Source: a virus (taxonomy: Duplodnaviria; Caudoviricetes). Taken from it: 52,982 nt of DNA. Location of the stretch: positions 1 to 52,982 of IMG/VR virus record IMGVR_UViG_3300042253_000131; one strand, given 5' to 3'. Of this stretch, positions 46,342 to 52,982 are shown one piece after another; position 1 is the stretch's first letter, and each line of letters starts with the position of its first letter. The notes under the pieces were generated by a model. That model was not told where the DNA came from, did no database searches, and worked only from the letters and a program-made list of their open reading frames with translations. A program made the position numbers and the translations under genes.

Positions 46342-49300
46342 ATGGCAACGCTTGTCCTCGGCGCCGCTGGCGCCGCCATCGGCGGCAGCATCGGCGGCAG
46401 CATTCTCGGCGTCAGCGCCGCGACGATAGGCGGCTTTGTCGGCTCCACCCTCGGCTCGGTGGTCGACAGCTTCATCGTCTCGTCGCTGGCGCCCACCCAG
46501 CGGATCGAGGGCCAGCGGCTCGACAGCCTGCGCATCACCTCGTCCACCGAAGGCGCGGTGATCCCGCGCATCTTCGGTCGCATGCGGCTCGGCGGCAACA
46601 TCATCTGGGCGACGGATTTCCGCGAGGAGACCCGAACCAGCAGCCAGGGCGGCGGCAAGGGCGGCGCGCCGAAGGTCAAGTCCACGGAATTCCTCTACTT
46701 CGCCTCGTTTGCCGTGGCGCTCTCGGAGGGCTCCGAAGCCGGTCCCGGAGGGACCATTCTCTCCAGTGGAGAGAATGGAGGCGGAGGAGGCCCGGCAGGG
46801 CGGGGGATCACCGGCATCGGGCGCATCTGGGCCGACGGCAAGCCGATGGACCTGACCGGCGTCACCTGGCGCTGGTATCCCGGCGACGAGGCGCAACTGC
46901 CGGACCCGTTCATCCTGGCGAAGATGGGCGCGGCCAGCACGCCGGCCTATCGCGGCACCGCCTATGTCGTCTTCGAGGAGCTGGCGCTCGCGAGCTTCGG
47001 CAACCGCCTGCCGCAGCTCAGCTTCGAGGTCTTCGCACCCCTCGCCGATCCCGACACCGCCGAGGGGCTCGTGCGCGCCGTCACCATGATCCCGGCCTCG
47101 GGCGAGTTCGTCTATGCGACGGAAGGCATCCGCAAGGGCGGCGGCGATTCCTCGGACCCCGACAACCTGCACGCGCTGCCGGACACCGCCGACATGGTGG
47201 TGGCGCTCGACCGGCTGCAGGCCAGCGCGCCCGGCGTCGAGAGCGTGAGCCTCGTCGTGACATGGTTCGGCGACGACCTGCGCGCGGGCGCGGCCCGGAT
47301 CAGGCCGGGCGTCGAGCTGGCAGCGAAGACCACGACGCCGAAGACATGGAGCGTGAACGGCGTGGCCCGCGCCAATGCGCATCTGGTCAGTCGCGACGAC
47401 GAGAACCGGCCGGTGTTCGGCGGCACGCCGGCGGATTTCGCGGTGGTGCAGGCGATCCGGGAGATGAGGGCGCGCGGGCTGCGGGTGACCTTTTATCCGT
47501 TTATCCTGATGGACGTGCCGCTCGGCAACACGCTGCCGAACCCGTATTCCGACAATGCCGCCGGGATCGGTCAGCCCGCCTTCCCGTGGCGCGGGCGGAT
47601 CACCGTCTCTCCGGCGGCGGGCTATGCTGGATCGGTCGACAAGACAGGGGCGGCCGCCACACAGGTCGCGGCCTTCTTCGGCAGCGCCAGCCCGACCGAC
47701 TTCGCCGCCGCGGGCGAGACCGTGTCCTGGACCGGCGCGGCGGACGACTGGGGCCTGCGCCGCATGGTGCTGCACTATGCCCATCTCTGCGCCGCCGCCG
47801 GCGGGGTCGATGCCTTCCTGATCGGCTCGGAGATGCGCGGGCTGACCACCGTCCGCTCGGACGGCGACAGCTATCCTGCGGTGCAGGAATTTCAGATGCT
47901 CGCGGCCGATGCGCGTGCGATCCTCGGGCCGTCGACAAAGATAGGCTACGCCGCCGACTGGTCGGAATATTTCGGCCACCAGCCGGGCGATGGCTCGGGC
48001 GACGTGTTCTTCCACCTCGATCCGCTCTGGGCCGATCCGGAGATCGATTTCGTCGGCATCGACAACTACATGCCGCTCTCCGACTGGCGCGACGGATTCG
48101 CGCATGCGGATGCGGCCGAGGGCTGGCCCGCGATCTACGACCGGACCTATCTGCAGTCGAACATCGCGGGCGGCGAAGGGTTCGAGTGGTTCTATGCCAC
48201 CGCCGCCGACCGCGCCGCGCAGGTGAGGACGCCGATCACCGACGGCGCCGCCAGCAAACCGTGGGTGTTTCGTTTCAAGGATCTGCGCGCCTGGTGGTCG
48301 AACGCGCATTTCGATCGTCCGGGCGGGGTAGAGAGCGGAACGCAGACGGCATGGGTGCCGGAATCCAAGCCGATCTGGTTCACCGAACTCGGCTGCCCGG
48401 CCATCGACCGGGGCGCCAACCAGCCCAACGTCTTCGTCGACCCGAAGTCGGCGGAAAGCGCGGTGCCGTATTTCTCGCGGGGCTGGCGCGACGACGCGAT
48501 CCAGCGCGCCTATCTGGAGGCGACCTGGCTCTGGTGGGGCGATCCAACCAACAACCCGGTCTCCAATGTCTACGGCGACCCGATGGTGCATGTCCCCGAA
48601 TGCGCCGCCTGGACCTGGGACGCGCGGCCCTATCCGTTCTTCCCCGAACTCAGTGATGTCTGGACCGACGGGGCGAACTGGCGGCGCGGACACTGGCTGA
48701 CCGGCCGGCTCGGCGCGGTGTCGCTCGCCGCGCTGGTGCGCCACCTCTGCCTGCGCGCCGGTCTGCCCGAGGCGATGATCGACGTCTCCGGCCTCTGGGG
48801 CGCGGTCGAGGGCTACGTGATCACCGCGCTCGAATCCCCGCGCGCCTCGATCGCCCCGCTCGCCCGCCACTTCGGCTTCGATGCCGTCGAGACCGAGGGC
48901 GTCATCCGCTTCATCATGCGCGGCCGGGCGGCGGTCGCCACCGTCACGCCCGACGATCTGGTCGCCCCGAACGCAGGCAGCGGGGCCCGCGACGGCGATG
49001 TGCTCGAACTGACGCGGGGCCAGGAGACCGAACTGCCGCAGGCCCTGAAATGGCAGATCGCGCGCGCCGACGAAGACTACGACGCCGCCCTCGTCGAGGC
49101 CCGGCGCATCACCGTTGACACGACGCGGATCGCCTCCGAGACCTTCCCGATGGCGGTACCGCCCGAGGAGGCCGAGCGCCGCGCCCGCCGCGCGCTGATG
49201 GAGGCGTGGGTGGGCCGAGAGACGGCAGCGTTCCGCCTGCCGCCGTCGCGGCTGGCGCTCGACCCGGCCGATGTCGTCAACCTTGAGCATGACGGTCGGC

Positions 49301-50394
49301 TTGTCCCGCTGCGCCTCGTCTCCATCGCCGACGCCGAGGCGCGCGGCATCGAGGCCGTGCGCCAGGACCGCGAGGCCTACGATCTGCCGCCCGGGCAGGC
49401 CCGGACCTCGGCGCTCACACGGGCCGTCGTGTTCGGCCCGCCCGTGGCGGTGCTGATGGACCTGCCGCAAATCAGCGAGGAGCAGCCCGCGCATCGGCCG
49501 CTCATGGCGGCGCACGCCGTGCCCTGGCCGGGCGAGATGGCGGTCTACCGCAGCCCCGCGACCGACGGCTTCGATCTGCTGACCAGTTTTGGCAGCCGCG
49601 CCCGGATCGGCGCGCTGGTGTCGGATCTCTGGCCGGGCCCCACCGCGCGCTTCGATCTCGGCAACGCGCTGGTGGTCGATCTGCTCACCGGCACGCTCGA
49701 GAGCGTCACGGATCTGACCCTGTTCGGCGGCGCCAATGCGCTCGCCATCGAAAGCGCGCCGGGGGTCTGGGAGATCGTCCAGGCGGGCGCGGCCGAACTG
49801 CTGGCGCCGGGGCGCTATCGCCTGACCCGCCTGCTGCGCGGCCAGCGCGGCACCGACGGTGCCATGGGCAATCCGGCCCCCGCAGGCGCGCGGGTCGTGA
49901 TGCTGGACAGCACGCTGGCATCGCTCCCAATCGCCGAGGCCGATCTCGGGCTGCCCTGGAACTGGCGCATCGGACCCGCGAGCCGCCCGGTCAGCGACGA
50001 GACCTATGTCGCCGCAAGCTTCACGCCCGAGGGCGTCGGGCTGCGGCCGTTCTCCGTCGCCCATGTCGAGCAGCCATGGCGCAGGCCGCGCAGCCCCGGC
50101 GATCTGACCATCCGCTGGACGCGGCGATCCCGCGCGCTCTCGGCCGACAGCTGGGGCACCGTCGAGGCGCCGCTGGCCGAAGAACTTGAGGCCTACGAGG
50201 TCGAGATCCTCGACGGGGTAACCGTCAAGCGAACCTTGACCGTTGCCACCACGAGCGCGGTCTACACCGCCGCCCAGCAGACGGCGGATTGGGGATCCAC
50301 GCTCGGGCCCGGCGACACGCTCGACGTCCGGATCGCGCAGCTATCCGCGCGCCTCGGGCGGGGCACCACCCGGACGGCAACCCTGAATTTCTGA
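46342..50394 (+). CDS. Baseplate multidomain protein (megatron, RcGTA g15-like)
   Basis: 1350 aa; PAYRGTAYVVFE, TIM-barrel YAADWSEY, IDNYMPLSDWRDG, WTWDARPYP, LLRGQRGT. Confidence 0.92.
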   Translation: MATLVLGAAGAAIGGSIGGSILGVSAATIGGFVGSTLGSVVDSFIVSSLAPTQRIEGQRLDSLRITSSTEGAVIPRIFGRMRLGGNIIWATDFREETRTSSQGGGKGGAPKVKSTEFLYFASFAVALSEGSEAGPGGTILSSGENGGGGGPAGRGITGIGRIWADGKPMDLTGVTWRWYPGDEAQLPDPFILAKMGAASTPAYRGTAYVVFEELALASFGNRLPQLSFEVFAPLADPDTAEGLVRAVTMIPASGEFVYATEGIRKGGGDSSDPDNLHALPDTADMVVALDRLQASAPGVESVSLVVTWFGDDLRAGAARIRPGVELAAKTTTPKTWSVNGVARANAHLVSRDDENRPVFGGTPADFAVVQAIREMRARGLRVTFYPFILMDVPLGNTLPNPYSDNAAGIGQPAFPWRGRITVSPAAGYAGSVDKTGAAATQVAAFFGSASPTDFAAAGETVSWTGAADDWGLRRMVLHYAHLCAAAGGVDAFLIGSEMRGLTTVRSDGDSYPAVQEFQMLAADARAILGPSTKIGYAADWSEYFGHQPGDGSGDVFFHLDPLWADPEIDFVGIDNYMPLSDWRDGFAHADAAEGWPAIYDRTYLQSNIAGGEGFEWFYATAADRAAQVRTPITDGAASKPWVFRFKDLRAWWSNAHFDRPGGVESGTQTAWVPESKPIWFTELGCPAIDRGANQPNVFVDPKSAESAVPYFSRGWRDDAIQRAYLEATWLWWGDPTNNPVSNVYGDPMVHVPECAAWTWDARPYPFFPELSDVWTDGANWRRGHWLTGRLGAVSLAALVRHLCLRAGLPEAMIDVSGLWGAVEGYVITALESPRASIAPLARHFGFDAVETEGVIRFIMRGRAAVATVTPDDLVAPNAGSGARDGDVLELTRGQETELPQALKWQIARADEDYDAALVEARRITVDTTRIASETFPMAVPPEEAERRARRALMEAWVGRETAAFRLPPSRLALDPADVVNLEHDGRLVPLRLVSIADAEARGIEAVRQDREAYDLPPGQARTSALTRAVVFGPPVAVLMDLPQISEEQPAHRPLMAAHAVPWPGEMAVYRSPATDGFDLLTSFGSRARIGALVSDLWPGPTARFDLGNALVVDLLTGTLESVTDLTLFGGANALAIESAPGVWEIVQAGAAELLAPGRYRLTRLLRGQRGTDGAMGNPAPAGARVVMLDSTLASLPIAEADLGLPWNWRIGPASRPVSDETYVAASFTPEGVGLRPFSVAHVEQPWRRPRSPGDLTIRWTRRSRALSADSWGTVEAPLAEELEAYEVEILDGVTVKRTLTVATTSAVYTAAQQTADWGSTLGPGDTLDVRIAQLSARLGRGTTRTATLNF

Positions 50395-50404
50395 AGGACA
50401 CATC

Positions 50405-51481
50405 ATGGCCGACGCCACCACGAACCTGCTCTTGCCGTTCATCCTGGCGGCGCAGGCCCAGAAGCATGTCACCCATAACGAGGCGCTGCGGCTGCTGGAC
50501 GGACTCGTCCAGCTCGCCGTCCTCGACCGCGACCTGACCGCGCCGCCCGGCGGCCCCGCCGACGGCGACCGCTACATCGTCGGCAGCGGTGCCACCGGCG
50601 ACTGGGCAGGCTGGGATCTGAACGTCGCGCTTTTCACCGATGGCGCCTGGCTGCGCCTGCCGCCGCGCACCGGCTGGCGGGCGTGGGTCGAGGACGAAGG
50701 GTTGCTCCTGGTCCATGACGGGGCGACCTGGATCGGGACAACCCCGGCGGCGCTGCAGAACCTCGCGCTGCTGGGCCTCGGCACCACCGCCGACGCCGCC
50801 AATCCGTTCTCTGCCAAGCTGAACGCGGCGCTCTGGACGGCGAAGACCGTGGCCGAGGGCGGCACCGGCGATCTGTTCTACACCATGAACAAGGCGGCCG
50901 CGGGCGACGATCTCGGGCTCATGCTCCAGACCAGCTTTTCCACCCGCGCGCTGCTCGGCCTCTTCGGGACGGACCAGTTCCGCCTCGCGGTCTCCGCCGA
51001 CGGCAGCACCTTTTTCGACGGTCTGATCGTCGACAACGCCAACGGCATCGTCGATCAGCCCCGGCTGCCGCGCTTCAAGGGCTACACCAACTTCGACAAC
51101 TATGTCGGCGTCGATACCTGGACGAAGATCGGCATCAACAACACCGAGTATAATGATCAGGGCGCCTTCGACGCCGCCAACAACCGTTTCGTGGCACCGG
51201 TCGACGGCACATATCTCTTTGGCGCAACGCTGCTCTACAAGGTCAACGCCAGCACCACGGCCCGCATGCGCGGGCGGCTCGTGCTGAACGGGACGACCGA
51301 AATCCGCGGCTCCCTCGGCGAGATCAGCGGCGGCCACGTCTCCCTCGCCACCGCGCTCTGGCTGCAGACCATGGTGCCCCTCGTCGCGGGCGATACCGTC
51401 GAGTTGCAGGGGTATTTCCGGGTCGCGGACGGCTACTTCGCCGCCGACCACACGTCCTTCTGGGGCTGCAAGATCGGCTGA
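50405..51481 (+). CDS. Tail fibre (DUF2793 N-terminus, C1q/TNF-like C-terminus)
   Basis: QAQKHVTHNEALRLLD; C-terminal FVAPVDGTYLF..GDTVEL..TSFWG. Confidence 0.85.
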   Translation: MADATTNLLLPFILAAQAQKHVTHNEALRLLDGLVQLAVLDRDLTAPPGGPADGDRYIVGSGATGDWAGWDLNVALFTDGAWLRLPPRTGWRAWVEDEGLLLVHDGATWIGTTPAALQNLALLGLGTTADAANPFSAKLNAALWTAKTVAEGGTGDLFYTMNKAAAGDDLGLMLQTSFSTRALLGLFGTDQFRLAVSADGSTFFDGLIVDNANGIVDQPRLPRFKGYTNFDNYVGVDTWTKIGINNTEYNDQGAFDAANNRFVAPVDGTYLFGATLLYKVNASTTARMRGRLVLNGTTEIRGSLGEISGGHVSLATALWLQTMVPLVAGDTVELQGYFRVADGYFAADHTSFWGCKIG

Positions 51482-51500
51482 GCGGCGGAAGGAGGCTCCG

Positions 51501-51788
51501 ATGACACCACCCCGATCCGAGGGCATCGTGCGCATGCCCGACGCCGAGTTCGAGGCGATCCTGACGCGGGCGGCCGAGGAAGGCGCCAGGCGCGCGCTCG
51601 CCGATGTCGGCCTCGATGGCGACGAGGCCGCACTCGACATCCGCGACCTGCGCTCGCTCGTCGACTGCATCCGCCTGGTACGCCGCACCGCCATGCAGAC
51701 CGCCGTGCGCATGATCACCACCGCGGTCCTGCTGGCGCTGCTGGCGGGCATCGCCATCAAGCTGAAAATCTTCGGCGGCGGCCCGTAG
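51501..51788 (+). CDS. DUF6127-like protein with C-terminal TM helix (holin candidate, lysis cassette 2)
   Basis: AAEEGARRALADVGL..DIRDLRSL, then a hydrophobic helix. Confidence 0.7.
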   Translation: MTPPRSEGIVRMPDAEFEAILTRAAEEGARRALADVGLDGDEAALDIRDLRSLVDCIRLVRRTAMQTAVRMITTAVLLALLAGIAIKLKIFGGGP

Positions 51789-51820
51789 CCGCCCACCACC
51801 CCATCCATCTGCCCAACTGC

Positions 51821-51849
51821 ACCCGCCCTCGAGGCGGGTTTTTCGTTTT
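51821..51849 (+). terminator. Intrinsic terminator-like hairpin
   Basis: ACCCGCC-CTCGA-GGCGGGT followed by TTTTCGTTTT, immediately before the RBS of the peptidase gene. Confidence 0.6.
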
Positions 51850-51860
51850 CGGAGGACCCC

Positions 51861-52535
51861 ATGACCACGACCTTCCACCGCCATTGGCGCGACGTTCCGG
51901 AAAGCGCCTGGCGCTGGCCGAACTTCAGCCCGGCTGAGATCGCCTGCCGGGGCACCGGCAAGCTGCTCGTCAACGAACTGGCGCTCGACAAACTGCAGGC
52001 GCTGCGCGACCGGCTGGGCAAGCCGCTGATCGTGCGTTCCGCCTATCGCAGCCCGGAACACAACCGCGCCGTCGGCGGCGCAACCCGCTCGAAGCACCTC
52101 GACGGCGCCGCCTTCGACATCGCCATGGCGAACCACGACCCGGTGGCCTTCGAGGCCACGGCGCGCGAGGTGGGGTTCCTCGGCTTCGGCTTCTATCCGC
52201 GCTCGGGGTTCATCCATGTCGACCTCGGCCCTGCGCGACAGTGGGGCGAGCGGTTCCCGGTACGGGCGACCGCATTTGCAGCTGAGACTCCGCCCGCGCG
52301 GGAGGTGCTGGCCGACAGCCGCACCATGAAGGGCGGTGGCGCGGCGGGTGTCGCGACGCTCGGCGTGGCCGGGGTGGAAGTGGCCCAGCAGGTGCTGGCG
52401 GAGACGCAAAGCGCCGTCCTACCGCTGGTCCCGTATCTCGATACCCTGCGCTGGGTGTTCATCGCAGTGGCGCTCGGCGGCATCGCGGTCACGATCTACG
52501 CCCGCCTCGATGACTGGCGCCAGGGGCGGCGGTGA
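51861..52535 (+). CDS. Peptidase M15A (YcbK/DUF882-type) endolysin with C-terminal TM helices
   Basis: SAYRSPEHN..SKHLDGAAFDI..FIHVD zinc motif. Confidence 0.88.
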   Translation: MTTTFHRHWRDVPESAWRWPNFSPAEIACRGTGKLLVNELALDKLQALRDRLGKPLIVRSAYRSPEHNRAVGGATRSKHLDGAAFDIAMANHDPVAFEATAREVGFLGFGFYPRSGFIHVDLGPARQWGERFPVRATAFAAETPPAREVLADSRTMKGGGAAGVATLGVAGVEVAQQVLAETQSAVLPLVPYLDTLRWVFIAVALGGIAVTIYARLDDWRQGRR

Positions 52536-52789
52536 TCGGCACCTTCCTCGGCGGGATCGCCACGAGCCCATGGATGCGGGCGGCGCTGCGCTACGGAGCC
52601 ATCGCGCTGGCAGTGCTCCTGTTCCTGCTTTCGCTTCGGCGCTCCGGGGAGCGAGCGGGTCGCCTCGCCGAACGCCTTGAAACCACGGAGAAGGCCAATG
52701 ACGTCCAACGTCGGATGCTGGAAGCGGCGGCTCGCCGTCCTCGCGATCACCACGAGCTTGCTGAGCGGCTGCGCGACGGTTCGTTCTGA
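52532..52789 (+). CDS. i-spanin-like protein (cassette 2)
   Basis: TM helix then helical tail ending ERLRDGSF, similar to ERLRRNDGRW in cassette 1. Confidence 0.65.
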   Translation: MIGTFLGGIATSPWMRAALRYGAIALAVLLFLLSLRRSGERAGRLAERLETTEKANDVQRRMLEAAARRPRDHHELAERLRDGSF

Positions 52790-52982
52790 GAACGGGAGGC
52801 TGGCGACATGCCCGCCCGTGGTCGAGTATGGCAGGGAATTCCAGGCGCGGGCGGCCGAGGAGCTGGCCTTGCTGCCACAGGGATCGGCGCTCGCGGAGAT
52901 GCAGCCATCGTTGTGTGATGGCACCCGCCACGCTTCAATGATCCGTGGCTTTGTGAAGTGCATCTCCAGCTGGGTCCTTTGA
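52698..52982 (+). CDS. o-spanin-like lipoprotein (cassette 2); C-terminus possibly replaced
   Basis: KRR + hydrophobic stretch + lipobox LSGC, CPPVVEY; overlaps the i-spanin gene. Confidence 0.55.
   Translation: MTSNVGCWKRRLAVLAITTSLLSGCATVRSENGRLATCPPVVEYGREFQARAAEELALLPQGSALAEMQPSLCDGTRHASMIRGFVKCISSWVL

Larger units (their letters stand above)
107..52982. mobile_element. Prophage (siphovirus-type; lambda-like head, RcGTA-like tail, serine-recombinase integration)
   Basis: Continuous integration, regulation, replication, packaging, head, tail and lysis modules. Exact att boundaries not visible. Confidence 0.95.

Noticed and set aside
45859-50064. 1401-aa antisense ORF (also 12361-14523, 30060-31619, 7330-9042, 2503-4080)
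   Set aside because: Shadow ORFs of high-GC sense genes with no recognisable motifs.
50405-51481. Diversity-generating retroelement or invertible tail-fibre cassette
   Set aside because: No reverse transcriptase, no template/variable repeat pair and no invertase sites seen.

Overview
The window is essentially one ~53 kb GC-rich prophage of an alphaproteobacterium, most likely Rhodobacteraceae (inferred from the RcGTA-like tail genes and an alpha-type LexA box). Left to right: a leftward DUF2924/large serine recombinase integration cassette; a regulatory block (LexA box, two unknown genes, 11-bp phased repeats, phage sigma factor); a recombination/replication operon (AAA_24 ATPase, SSB-like protein, PD-(D/E)XK nuclease, RecD-like helicase, TOPRIM-VapE primase); an inserted AAA-ATPase + S8 protease (IetAS-type) pair; an iteron-like repeat array; a RuvC-like gene and a probable late regulator; a lambda-like cos site; two DNA methyltransferases, the C5 one dual-coded in two frames and interrupted by an IS110/IS1111 element; small accessory genes; a lambda-like head module; an RcGTA-like tail module carrying LysR-MFS and VapBC inserts; and two separate lysis cassettes. 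Highlights read directly from the DNA: (1) the IS110 non-coding end has two loops whose guide segments match its own insertion site and its own circle junction (bridge/seek RNA); (2) a candidate repressor-less induction cascade (LexA box -> wHTH activator -> sigma factor -> twin identical promoters for excision and replication); (3) a C5 methyltransferase split between two fully overlapping frames; (4) related palindromic elements lying in frame in three structural genes. Family and DUF names come from my recognition of motifs and gene order; no database searches were run.
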